Assembly (NCBI GenBank): GCA_041287635.1
Contig: JBGGNG010000057.1
Coordinates: 54,062-118,061 of the forward strand
Direction of reading: 5' to 3'
DNA from: Actinomycetota bacterium
Lineage (GTDB): Bacteria; Actinomycetota; UBA4738; HRBIN12
Length of the DNA: 64,000 bases
Made by a program: the position numbers and the translations under genes. Positions 18,801 through 27,350 of the stretch are shown here, in pieces. The notes under the pieces were generated by a model, which saw only the letters and a program-made list of their open reading frames with translations, had not been told where the DNA came from and did no database searches. Every line of letters begins with the position of its first letter. Positions within the stretch are counted from its first letter, which is position 1.

Positions 18801-19126
18801 GCGGCCAGCGCATCATCTTCCTCACGCTCGACGACGCGACGGGGCCGGTGGAGGTGACGGTGTTCGAGTCGGTGCAGCCCAAGGTGGCGACGACCGTCTT
18901 CCACGGGTACGCGCTCGCGGTCGCGGGCGAGCTCAGACGCACCGGGGTCGGCGGCGTGAGCGTGGTCGCCGAGGAGGTCTGGGATCTGTCGGCGTTGCAT
19001 CGGGCGCGTGCCGAGGGCCGTCTGCGCGAGGCCGTGCGCTGCCAGTCGTGGGACAGGGCGAACTCGACACCCGCCGGCGCCGGGCCGCGCTCGCTCTGGC
19101 ACGCGAGCCCCGGCTCCGCGGGATGA
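15896..19126 (+). CDS. dnaE2: error-prone DNA polymerase DnaE2 (ImuC)
   Basis: 1076 aa; N-terminus VHLDVRSCFSLKEGAFT...AMTDRDGLYGAARF matches the DnaE2 PHP-domain pattern (LHxHSxxSxLDGA...TDHDGLYGAxRF); ImuC-like size, shorter than DnaE1. Confidence 0.85.
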   Translation: MTAPFVHLDVRSCFSLKEGAFTTEQLAARAAANDIPAVAMTDRDGLYGAARFVRACEAEGVRPILGASITVRASAPPPGDAHVVLLATDDTGYANLCRLLTDAHMLGERGDPWVDPMQICAHAAGLVAIAGPRSQPGRAAAQGRVDHATRMLDPFREAFGRERLFVGVEQRLERGSNDETRAMLRLAERAGVGAVATNPVRYLEPGDAFVADVLECMRRLVPLAETNVTRRNAEGWLKPAAEMRALFVERPDLCDATLEVADMCRFDLGLGRIHFPDFPTPQRRSADAVLAERCWRGVHEREMREDERLRDRLHHELSMIRRMGFAAYFLTVADIVADVKAMGIRAACRGSAAGSLVCYLTGISDVDALRHDLSFERFMNPMRKDLPDIDIDVESARREDVYDMILGRHGEERAGCVAMIDTYRARSAIREVGKALGLPDTEVGVVAKSFPHISARHLREAIERLPELADINLRFEQMQRLIGVAERIGGFPRHIALHPCGIVLASHDLVERVPLERSANGHRMIQADKDDVELLGYLKLDILGVRMLSSMRHALDEIARTTGEKVDLDRIALDDPATFELVRASDTLGCFQIESPGQRELLQKLQPDRWEDLIVDISLFRPGPVKSDMITPYLRRRSAFERPTYIHPGLRGPLQETYGVIVFHEQVIRALAALAGYTETYADHIRRHLDRDDLLPGFEADFIERAVARGVDRDAAAEVWHAVTQFASFGFCKAHAAAFAVPTYQSAWLKAHHPAHMYAGLLTHDPGMYPRRTILDDARRHDIPILALDVNRSEPEYVVEEVEGRWGIRLGFQDVHGISGAEIRSILMARADRAFRDVGDFMRRTTVSRPVTEALAHAGAFDALEPARRRHLYVAMTTEAEREGDQLTLTMGADPAEGHRFTDYSDAEVVRAELEVLGLDATRHIVSFYEPLLCDLGVTRSRDLRSARGGSKVIVAGVKVASQTPAIRSGQRIIFLTLDDATGPVEVTVFESVQPKVATTVFHGYALAVAGELRRTGVGGVSVVAEEVWDLSALHRARAEGRLREAVRCQSWDRANSTPAGAGPRSLWHASPGSAG

Positions 19127-19133
19127 TGCTGGG

Positions 19134-20351
19134 ATGACCGGCCGATCACGAGGCCAGGCCTTGCCCGACGAGCGCCCGCCCGAACCGATCCTGCACGCCG
19201 ATCTCGATGCGTTCTACGCCTCGGTCGAGATGCTGAAGGACCCGTCGCTCGCCGGGAAGCCGGTGATCGTCGGTGGCGTGGGCGGCCGTGGGGTCGTGAG
19301 CTCGGCGTCGTACGAGGCCCGCGGGTTCGGCGTGCGCTCGGCGATGCCCACGGTGCGAGCGCGCCGGCTCTGCCCCGACGGCGTTTTCGTGCCACCCGAC
19401 TTCGAGGCGTACCAGGCGCACTCGAACCGGTTCCGCGAGGTGCTGCTCGCCCACACGCCGTTCGTCGAACCGATCTCCCTCGACGAGGCGTTCCTCGACG
19501 TCGGCGGGGCCACGATGCTGTTCGGCGACCCGCGGGTGATCGCCGCGCGCATCCGGGCCGAGGTCGAACGCGAGGTCGGGGTCACGTGCTCGGTCGGGGT
19601 CGCGCCGACGAAGTTCGTGGCCAAGCTCGCCTCCGACCACTGCAAGCCCAACGGGATGCTCGTGGTGCCGGCGGACGGCGTGCTCGGATTCCTCGAGCCG
19701 CTGCCGGTCGGCCGGCTGTGGGGCGTGGGGGAGAAGACCGGCGAGGTGCTCTCGCGTCTGGCGGTGCGCACGATCGGCGACCTCGCCGCGACCCCCGAGC
19801 CGATCCTCGCGCGCCTGCTCGGCGAGCAGCACGCTCGGCATCTGACGCGGCTCGCCCACGGTGTCGACGACCGCCACGTCGTGCCCTACGAGGCGCCGAA
19901 GTCCGTCGGCCACGAGGAGACGTTCGAGGTCGACCTCGACGACGACGAGACCCTCCTGCGCGAGCTCTTGGCGCTCTCGGGGAAGGTGGCGTCGCGGCTG
20001 CGTGCCGACGGATATCGCGCCCGCACCGTGACGATGAAGGTGCGACTGGCGACGTTCACCACGCTCACGCGGTCGAAAACGTCGAACGACCCCACCGACG
20101 TGGGCGCGGATCTCTACCACACGGTCGCCGAGCTCTACCGCGCCCTGCCGGGGGAACGCCGGCGTGTGCGCCTGCTGGGGGTGCAGGCGAGCGGGTTGGT
20201 GTCCGCGGGCGCCGAGCAGCTCGCCCTGCTGCGCGGGGAGCGGTGGGGCGACGTGGAACGGGCCGTCGACCGCATCGAGCATCGGTTCGGGCGTGGCGCG
20301 GCGATGCCCGCCTCGCTGCTCGATCGCTCTCGGCGTGACCGGCCGATCTGA
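19134..20351 (+). CDS. dinB: DNA polymerase IV (Y-family, catalytic residues present)
   Basis: ATG at 19134, 8 nt after the dnaE2 stop; ILHADLDAFYASVEM and SLDEAFLDV catalytic motifs; 405 aa. Confidence 0.85.
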   Translation: MTGRSRGQALPDERPPEPILHADLDAFYASVEMLKDPSLAGKPVIVGGVGGRGVVSSASYEARGFGVRSAMPTVRARRLCPDGVFVPPDFEAYQAHSNRFREVLLAHTPFVEPISLDEAFLDVGGATMLFGDPRVIAARIRAEVEREVGVTCSVGVAPTKFVAKLASDHCKPNGMLVVPADGVLGFLEPLPVGRLWGVGEKTGEVLSRLAVRTIGDLAATPEPILARLLGEQHARHLTRLAHGVDDRHVVPYEAPKSVGHEETFEVDLDDDETLLRELLALSGKVASRLRADGYRARTVTMKVRLATFTTLTRSKTSNDPTDVGADLYHTVAELYRALPGERRRVRLLGVQASGLVSAGAEQLALLRGERWGDVERAVDRIEHRFGRGAAMPASLLDRSRRDRPI

Positions 20352-20354
20352 ACG

Positions 20355-20447
20355 CGTGGGTTCCATGGTCGGGAAGGCTCCCTATAATCGAGGGGTCCGA
20401 AGGGCTACCCCCAACGACCGTCGGGCGAGACTCGCCGGAGGAACCGC
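20355..20447 (+). promoter_or_regulatory. candidate promoter with perfect TATAAT (20383-20388) and GGAGGA RBS for the DUF3040 gene
   Basis: seen in sequence: ...gggaaggctccc TATAAT cgagggg...gccGGAGGAaccgcATG. Confidence 0.3.
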
Positions 20448-20816
20448 ATGCCCCTGAGCGAACACGAACAACGCATCCTCGAGGAGATCGAGCGACGGCT
20501 GGCCGAGGACGACCCGAAGCTGGTCGAACAGGTCGGGCGCACCGACCTGTATACGCACCTCGCGCGTCGCATCCGGCTCGCGGCGATCGTGTTCGTGATC
20601 GGCTTCGTGTTGCTGCTCCTGTTCGTGGTGAGCCCGTGGATCGCGGCCGTGGGGTTCGTCGCGATGATCGGGTCGGCGCTGCTGATCTACCGGTACCTGG
20701 GTCAGCTCGGGCGCGACCAGATCCGAGCGATGCAGTCCGACGGCGGCTCGATCACGGGCATCATCGGCCGGCTCGCGGCGCGGTTCCGTCCGCCCACACC
20801 GACCGACGACGTCTGA
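20448..20816 (+). CDS. DUF3040 family membrane protein
   Basis: MPLSEHEQRILEEIERRLAEDDPKL N-terminus followed by two TM helices, the canonical DUF3040 layout. Confidence 0.7.
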   Translation: MPLSEHEQRILEEIERRLAEDDPKLVEQVGRTDLYTHLARRIRLAAIVFVIGFVLLLLFVVSPWIAAVGFVAMIGSALLIYRYLGQLGRDQIRAMQSDGGSITGIIGRLAARFRPPTPTDDV

Positions 20817-21016
20817 ACCCCGTCGGTCCCATGTCCGGACGAGCGGTTCCACGACCGTTGTGACCTCGCGGCTTGCCGCCCTTCCACGCGCTGTTGTACA
20901 ACGGGGTCCCTTCCCCCTGGGTGCGAGTCGTCGGTCGGTGCTCCGAACCGCTTCGGCGATCCGTGCCGAAGGTGTGTGGACGACAGAGACTCGAGACCGA
21001 GGGGGCACGCAACCGG

Positions 21017-21502
21017 ATGGAGGGATTCACCACCCACCAGGCCTGCAAGTTCACCGGCTGCACGCCTCGCCAGCTCAGGTACTGGGATCAGATCGGATTA
21101 GTGCAACCCTCCGTCCAGGGCACCGGGGGTCGCCCGGGGGTGCCGCGCCTCTACGCGTTCCGAGATCTCGTCGCGCTGAGGGTGGTGAAATCGCTCCTCG
21201 ACGGCGGCATGTCGCTGCAGCGCGTGCGCCGTTCGTGGGAGTTCCTGAACACGCGGGCCGGCATGGACAAGCACCTGTCCGAGGTGAAGCTCGTCACCGA
21301 CGGCCAGAGCATCTTCAAGATCTGTCGCCGCGACGGCGAGGTCATGGACGCGCTCCGCGACGGTCAGATGGCGTTCTTCGTGGCGATCGACGACATCGCG
21401 AGCGGCGTCGAGACCGACGTCAGGCAGTTCCGCGAGGATCGCGAGAAGTTCGTGCGTGCGCTGCGAGAGGCTGCGGCGCAGACCGTCACAGGGACCTCCT
21501 AG
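21017..21502 (+). CDS. MerR-family transcriptional regulator
   Basis: ATG at 21017 (RBS GAGGGGG); HTH ACKFTGCTPRQLRYWDQIGLV; the upstream 48 codons of ORF 20873..21502 look non-coding. Confidence 0.7.
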   Translation: MEGFTTHQACKFTGCTPRQLRYWDQIGLVQPSVQGTGGRPGVPRLYAFRDLVALRVVKSLLDGGMSLQRVRRSWEFLNTRAGMDKHLSEVKLVTDGQSIFKICRRDGEVMDALRDGQMAFFVAIDDIASGVETDVRQFREDREKFVRALREAAAQTVTGTS

Positions 21503-21518
21503 AGGCTCGCCCCGCCCC

Positions 21519-23810
21519 TCAGCGCCGCCGGTACGGCCCCGTGACCCGCTGCGTCCACCCGGCCTCGCGTCGCATCGCCCGCACGACCGAGTCCGTGGCG
21601 AGCCGCACGGTCTCCGCGTGCTCGCGATCGAGGTCGTCGCCGCCGTACGCCGCGAGGGTCGCGACGGCCGTCAGCCGGTCGAGGTCGTCGCCGCCGAGCC
21701 GTGCCTCGCCCGCGACGGCGCGACGGTACTCCTCGAGCGTCTGACCCGGAGCCCTCGGGTGCCCCAGCTCGGCCGCGCGGTCGGTGAACACGTCGTACGT
21801 CGCGAGGACCACGCTGCGCGCTGCCGGTCCGGCATGTCGCAGCCGCCGTCGCCGCCGCCACGCCCGCACCGGTGGGACGAGCGCCAGCGCCACGCCGGCG
21901 GCGACGAGTCCGGCGAGGACCGCGTTGCGCGCGGTGACGGGGCCGGGATCGACGGCGACGGCCGCGACGCCGACGGGATCGATCGGTCCGCCACCGCCGC
22001 TGCGTGGTCCCAGGAGGCCGGGCGGCACGCCCTCCCGGACGTTGGTCGAGTTGGCCGCGCTCTCCGACCCTCCCACCGCGTCGGGACCTCCTTGACCCTC
22101 GGGCCCGCAGGGCGACCCGTCGGGATTGACGCAGGGCGTCGACCCGTCCGGGTCGAGGTAGGGATAGGCCTCCACGTTCTGGCGGTTCGGGGTCGGTTCG
22201 AACGGCACCCACCCGAACGACGGGAAGAACACCTCGACCCACACGTGGGCGTTCTCGGTGGTCACCGACAGCCTCCCCGAGGAGCCCTTGGCCTCTCCCG
22301 GCGTGAAGCCCATGGCGAGCCGGGTCGGGATGCCCAGCGTGCGGAGCATCGCCCCCATCGTGCTCGCGAACTGCTGGCAGAACCCCGCCCGGTCCTCGAG
22401 GAGGAAGTCGACCATCGCCCGGTCGCTCGTGGAGCCCGGCACGGTGTCGTCGTACTCGAAGTCTCCCCCGGTGAACCGGTCCTGGATCGCGATGATCCGG
22501 TCGTACGGTGAGGAGGCGCCTCTGGTCCACGCGGCGGCCGTGGCGGCGATCTCCGGCGGCAGGTCCACCGGGTACTGCGTATAGCGAACCGTCTCGCTCG
22601 TCGCCGGGATCGTGTCTGCTCGCAGCTCTTGGGGGGTGGGTTGCACCACGTCTGCAACAGCCGTGTACGTGACCCCCGCACCGACGCCACCATCGATGAG
22701 GACCGAGCCGCCCTCGGGGTCCCACCGCATGCCATCGAGCTGGGCGTCGGTGGAGCGTGGCGGATAGGGGAGCGGCAGCCAGGGATCCGTGAGCTGGCTC
22801 GCGGCCGTGAATGTGACCACGGTCGTCTCGCCGGGAGCCGCGACCGGGGTCGTCGTGGCGAGCGTCGCATCGGGCTCGATCGCGAGGGTGGTCGGGGCCG
22901 GATCGTGGCTCCAGCGCTGGCCGTCGAAGTTCGGCAGGGCGACCATCCGCCAGTACCGGCCGACGTCGGCCTCGACGTCGAACACGGGAAGGATCTCGTC
23001 GCGTTGCAGGCTCTCCTGCACCGAGACCAAGGGGTCGATCCTCACCCGGTCGTCGTCGGCGCTGGAGAGATCGATCACGCCTTTGGAGCCGAAGCCGGGG
23101 AGCACGATCGGGGCGACCGCGGCGACCATCACCGCGGCGGCGGCGACCCGTCTCGCCCCGCGGCCGGCCGCCACGTCGAGTCGGGCGACCCTGCCGGGAC
23201 TCGTCCAGACCGGGCCCCACCCCTGCACTCGGCGCAGACCGTCGGCGAACAACAGCGCGGAGGCCGCGACCAGGAAGAGCAACCCGAAGATCGGACGGAT
23301 CACGTCTTCCAACACCGAGTCGGCGAACCCGACGAGCGCGATCGGCGGGAGCAGGGCGAGCAACGGGCTGCCGGCACGGAACGCGAGCGAGTGCGCAGCG
23401 AACACGGCGGCCCAGACGCCGGCGATGCCGGCGAGCATCAGCGGGGCGAGCGGCGGTGAGGGCGCTACCTGCACCCGCGCCTGCTCGCCCACCCGTGCCG
23501 CCGCGTCGAGTGACACGCGGAGGGTCTCGAGCGTGGGCAGGCCGAACCAGGTGGTTTCGGGAAACACGAGCAGGCCGATCGCGATCGCGAGGCCCGCGGC
23601 GCTCGCGATCGTCGCGAGCACGAGGCTCCTGCGCTCGAGCGCCGTCGCGATGACCGCCGACACCACGCCGGCCACCAGGAGCCGGAGCGTCGGTCCGTTG
23701 CCCTCGAAGACACGACCGAGCGCGATCGCCGCGGTTGCGGCGACGAGGACGGTCGCGACGCCGGCGATCACACGCTGCGTGCGAGCGGACGTTCCCGGGG
23801 AGCGTGCCAT
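21519..23810 (-). CDS. transglutaminase-like membrane protein (TgpA/DUF3488 + TGase core)
   Basis: ATG at 23810 with GAAGGA RBS; N-terminal polytopic region, TGase core GFCQQFASTMGAMLRTLGIPTRLAMGF, Pro/Gly-rich C-tail. Confidence 0.75.
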   Translation of the reverse strand: MARSPGTSARTQRVIAGVATVLVAATAAIALGRVFEGNGPTLRLLVAGVVSAVIATALERRSLVLATIASAAGLAIAIGLLVFPETTWFGLPTLETLRVSLDAAARVGEQARVQVAPSPPLAPLMLAGIAGVWAAVFAAHSLAFRAGSPLLALLPPIALVGFADSVLEDVIRPIFGLLFLVAASALLFADGLRRVQGWGPVWTSPGRVARLDVAAGRGARRVAAAAVMVAAVAPIVLPGFGSKGVIDLSSADDDRVRIDPLVSVQESLQRDEILPVFDVEADVGRYWRMVALPNFDGQRWSHDPAPTTLAIEPDATLATTTPVAAPGETTVVTFTAASQLTDPWLPLPYPPRSTDAQLDGMRWDPEGGSVLIDGGVGAGVTYTAVADVVQPTPQELRADTIPATSETVRYTQYPVDLPPEIAATAAAWTRGASSPYDRIIAIQDRFTGGDFEYDDTVPGSTSDRAMVDFLLEDRAGFCQQFASTMGAMLRTLGIPTRLAMGFTPGEAKGSSGRLSVTTENAHVWVEVFFPSFGWVPFEPTPNRQNVEAYPYLDPDGSTPCVNPDGSPCGPEGQGGPDAVGGSESAANSTNVREGVPPGLLGPRSGGGGPIDPVGVAAVAVDPGPVTARNAVLAGLVAAGVALALVPPVRAWRRRRRLRHAGPAARSVVLATYDVFTDRAAELGHPRAPGQTLEEYRRAVAGEARLGGDDLDRLTAVATLAAYGGDDLDREHAETVRLATDSVVRAMRREAGWTQRVTGPYRRR

Positions 23811-24997
23811 CGTTCCTTCAATGGGGTCGAGGGGGTCAAGACGATGCAATCCCATCCTGCGCGGGCGAACGCCATGGTGGCTTGGGTCGCCCGGCCTTCG
23901 AGCTGAGCGGCCCGCCCAGGGGGGAGGGTCTGGGGATCCACCGGATGCACCAGCACGGCGAGCTTCGGTCCGAAGCCCGCTCCCGCTCTGATCAGCGAGG
24001 AGAGTTCGCCCGGGGCGGGCGGCGCCGCGACGTACACGAGCGAGGTGTCGGCCGTCGCGCCGGCGCGCAGATGAGCGAGCGCGGGACCGACCGAACGGGC
24101 CGACGCGTGACCGATGCCCGAGAGCGCGTCGAGGAAGCGTTCCTCGCTCACGGTGGCCGCCGGCGCTTCGGTGGTGCCCAGGCGCAGCGCGAAACCCCGC
24201 TGGGCCAGCATGACGCCGAGCGTGGCGGCCACCGAGACGGCGCGCTCGAAGGCGGGGGAGTGGGCCTGCCCGAGCGCATGGCCCCGGTTGTCCAGGAACA
24301 CGAGCCCGCTCGCGCGCCGGGACGACTCGTCCTGGCGGATCATCAGGTCGCCCGTGCGTGCCACCGACGGCCAGTGGATCCGTCGCAGATCGTCACCGAG
24401 TTGGTACTGGCGCATCGTGTAGTACTCCTCGCCGGTCCGGAAGAGCTGTCGCGCCCGGGTGGCCCCCCAGTTCGGGCCGAGGCCCGAGTCGGGGGCGGCG
24501 AAGAGGTCCTCGATCTCCGGCGTGACGAGCAGCTCGTCGATCTCGTCGAACTCCAGACGCTGCCGCGTCAGCGCGAAGGGGTCGGAGACGTCGACCGTGA
24601 GCGGCCCCAACCGGTACCGACCACGGGTCTGCGGCAGCACCGTATAGGCCACGCCCTGCGAGCCCTTCCCCGGCAGACCCGAGACGACCAGGCGCGCCGG
24701 GCGCCCGAGCGCTGCCGGCAGGCGGTCCTCGACGAGGAGCACGGGTGAGGGCACCGGCGACGCGTTTTCGACGTCGAGACGCACGGTAACGCGCGTGCCC
24801 GGCGCCACGCGAACGTCGGACAGGCGGCGGCGGATCCGGAGCCTCGTGTGACCCCATCGCACGAACGCGCCGGCGAGGAACGGCAACGCGACGAGGCCGA
24901 TGCCGACGACCTCCATCCCCGACGACCCGACGAGGCGAGCCGCGACCCACATCGCAAGGCCGACGCCGAAGACGACGAGTCCCCGGCCCGACGGCAT
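23768..24997 (-). CDS. DUF58 domain protein (VWA-like partner of MoxR)
   Basis: ATG overlaps the MoxR stop (ATGA); DUF58 core ...YTMRQYQLGDDLRRIHWPSVARTGDLMIRQDE...; N-terminal TM helices. Confidence 0.75.
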   Translation of the reverse strand: MPSGRGLVVFGVGLAMWVAARLVGSSGMEVVGIGLVALPFLAGAFVRWGHTRLRIRRRLSDVRVAPGTRVTVRLDVENASPVPSPVLLVEDRLPAALGRPARLVVSGLPGKGSQGVAYTVLPQTRGRYRLGPLTVDVSDPFALTRQRLEFDEIDELLVTPEIEDLFAAPDSGLGPNWGATRARQLFRTGEEYYTMRQYQLGDDLRRIHWPSVARTGDLMIRQDESSRRASGLVFLDNRGHALGQAHSPAFERAVSVAATLGVMLAQRGFALRLGTTEAPAATVSEERFLDALSGIGHASARSVGPALAHLRAGATADTSLVYVAAPPAPGELSSLIRAGAGFGPKLAVLVHPVDPQTLPPGRAAQLEGRATQATMAFARAGWDCIVLTPSTPLKERWHAPRERPLARSV

Positions 24998-26029
24998 CAG
25001 GGGTTCTCCGCGACCGGCACCGGCACCTCGGCGAGGATCTCCTGGATCACGACCTCCGTCGAGCGGCCGGTCATGACGGCGTCGGCCGTCACGATGATGC
25101 GGTGTCCGAGGACGGGAACGGCGAGCGCCTTGACGTCGTCGGGGATCACGAAGTCGCGCTCGTCGGCCGCGGCGTAGGCGCGGGCTGCCCGCAGGATCAT
25201 CAGAGATGCGCGGGGGCTCGCACCGAGGTACACGTCGCCGTGGCGACGGGTCGCCTCGACGAGATCGACGATGTATCGGCGCAGAGCCGGCGCGACGTGC
25301 ACCCGGCGCGCCTGCTCGATCATCTCCGCGACCCCCGGGGCATCGCTGACCGGCCCGATCTCCTCGAGTGGTTGGGAGCCGGCGGTGTGACTCGCGAGGA
25401 TCTCGGTCTCGATCTCGTTGCTCGGATACCCGATCGACAGGCGGAGCATGAAGCGGTCGAGCTGCGCCTCGGGGAGCGGGTAGGTGCCCTCGTGCTCGAT
25501 CGGGTTCTGCGTCGCGATCACCATGAACGGGGTGCCCAGCGGATGGGTCTCGGTGTCGACCGTGACCTGACGCTCCTCCATGCATTCCAACAGGGCCGAC
25601 TGGGTCTTCGGCGAGGCCCGGTTGATCTCGTCGCCCAGCACGATGTTGGCGAAGATCGCGCCCGGCTTGAACTCGAAGTCGCGCTGCTCCTGGTTGAAGA
25701 CGTTGACGCCGGTCACGTCGGTGGGCAGCAGATCGGGGGTGAACTGGATGCGGCGGAACGAGCAGTCGATCGAGCGGGCGATCGACTTGGCGAGCATCGT
25801 CTTGCCGACGCCGGGCACGTCCTCGATCAACAGGTGCCCCTCGGCGATGAGCGCGACGAGCGCGAGCCGGATCTCCGCGTGCTTGCCGCGCACGACCCGT
25901 TCGACGTTCGTCTCGATCTCATGGAACCGAGCGGCGAACCGCGTCCAGTCCTGGGACCGTTCCTCGACCTCCACCGGCACCTCCGACTCGTTCGCTGTAC
26001 CCCGAGGCAACCGGGTCATCGTACGCCAC
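24997..26029 (-). CDS. MoxR-family AAA+ ATPase
   Basis: GKHAEIRLALVALIAEGHLLIEDVPGVGKT (Walker A), VLGDEINRASPKTQSALLE; start at MWRTMTRL (26029) or 11 nt downstream. Confidence 0.85.
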
Positions 26030-26288
26030 ATGCGGCGGAACGCAGACCCGTGACGGCGCGCCGACACGGGTGGGGGGGAGCAGATGCGAGCAAGTTCCCG
26101 CAAGAGACCACGAGGTCGTACCGGCGATGTGTGCGGCGACCGGGCCGATGCTCGCGGACGCCCCGCGCGGCCCCTATTCGCAACTCCAGGCATCGCGCTC
26201 GACCCGGTCGCCGCGCCCAGAGATTACACAGATGTGATTCGCCTCGTCGAGACCCCGAGTCCGCTGAGGCCACCGTAGACTGCCCTGC

Positions 26289-26771
26289 ATGGGACGTGCG
26301 CTCGTCCTCAACGCGACCGATCTGCCGCTGGCGGTGGTGCCAGCGCGTCGTGCCGTCGTGCTCGTGCTGAAGGAGAAGGCCGAGGTCGTGCTCTCCAACG
26401 GCATGATCTTCCATTCCGAGCGCCTGGTGCTCGAAGCCCCATCGGTCGTGCGCCTCCGCCGATACGTGCGCGTACCGTACCGTCCGCACGCCCCGCTCAC
26501 GCGCCGTGCGGTCTTCGCCCGTGATGAGTGGGCGTGCCAGTACTGCGGCGCGTCCGCCGAGAACCTCGATCACGTGTTGCCGCGCTCGCGGGGCGGGATG
26601 CACGTGTGGGAGAACGTGGTCGCCGCCTGTCGCCGGTGCAACGCGAAGAAGGAAGACCGCACGCCCTCCGAGGCCGGCTTCCACCTCGCTCGCCAGCCGT
26701 TCGCGCCCCGTGACGGCTTCCACCTCACGCTCGGCCATCTCGAGCCGGGCTGGGAAGACTTCCTGGTCTAG
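26289..26771 (+). CDS. HNH endonuclease family protein
   Basis: CQYCG...DHVLPRSRGG...WENVVAACRRCNAKK HNH zinc-finger nuclease motif; 160 aa standalone. Confidence 0.7.
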   Translation: MGRALVLNATDLPLAVVPARRAVVLVLKEKAEVVLSNGMIFHSERLVLEAPSVVRLRRYVRVPYRPHAPLTRRAVFARDEWACQYCGASAENLDHVLPRSRGGMHVWENVVAACRRCNAKKEDRTPSEAGFHLARQPFAPRDGFHLTLGHLEPGWEDFLV

Positions 26772-26836
26772 TCACGCCCCCTCTGCCCTGGTTCCCTCAC
26801 CGGTCGCCCGGCCTTCCCGGGTCGTATGCCCTCTGC

Positions 26837-26859
26837 CCGAACACATGTTCACGTTGACG
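26837..26859 (+). promoter_or_regulatory. SOS-box-like palindrome GAACACATGTTC abutting a TTGACG -35 element upstream of mraZ
   Basis: cCGAACACATGTTCac at 26837-26852, its 12-nt core identical to the perfect LexA box at 14816; TTGACG at 26854-26859, possible -10 ATAAAC ~18 nt downstream. Confidence 0.45.
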
Positions 26860-26914
26860 TGGTGGAGTGATAGTGGCATAAACGTGTGGCTTAGTGGAGG
26901 AAAGGGGAGGAGGC

Positions 26915-27343
26915 GTGGCCGAACTGCTCGGCACGCACAGCTACCAGCTCGACCCGAAGGGCAGGGTCTCGCTCCCGGCGAAGTTCCGGGCCGCGTTCGT
27001 CGACGGCTGCTGGATCACCGTGGGCCAGGACCGCTGCCTCTACGTCTTCCCCAGGGCCGAGTGGCAGCGGCGATCCGACGAGGTCGCGTCGTCTCCCCTT
27101 TCCGACACGGACGGCCGTGCGTACTCGCGCATGTTCTTCGGCTCCTCCGAGGAGGCGAAGCTCGACGGTCAAGGGCGGGTCACGATCCCGCAACGCCTTC
27201 GGGAAGCCGTCGGCATCGACAAGGACGTCGTGGTGCTCGGCGTGCGCGACCGCATGGAGATCTGGAACCGCGAGACGCACGAGAGCTACACGGCCGGATT
27301 CGCCGATGCGTACCAGACCGGTGCGCTCGAACCCAGGAGGTAG
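26915..27343 (+). CDS. mraZ: transcriptional regulator MraZ
   Basis: GTG at 26915 after AGGGGAGGAGG; LLGTHSYQLDPKGRVSLP and a second DxxGR repeat (LDGQGRVTIP). Confidence 0.85.
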   Translation: MAELLGTHSYQLDPKGRVSLPAKFRAAFVDGCWITVGQDRCLYVFPRAEWQRRSDEVASSPLSDTDGRAYSRMFFGSSEEAKLDGQGRVTIPQRLREAVGIDKDVVVLGVRDRMEIWNRETHESYTAGFADAYQTGALEPRR

Positions 27344-27350
27344 GGCGCAC

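Noticed and set aside
19008-19133. 42-codon N-terminal extension of the dinB ORF overlapping dnaE2
   Set aside because: The conserved DinB N-terminus (ILHADLDAFYASVE) begins shortly after the ATG at 19134; the extension is Arg/Pro-rich and overlaps the dnaE2 3' end.
20873-21016. 48-codon upstream extension of the MerR ORF
   Set aside because: No HTH or conserved sequence; the ATG at 21017 has a proper RBS and gives a standard MerR N-terminus.
26030-26288. Divergent MoxR/HNH intergenic region with CACA-GA-TGTG mini inverted repeat
   Set aside because: Only a 4-bp arm with imperfect flanks; no hexamer pair with proper spacing could be read confidently.
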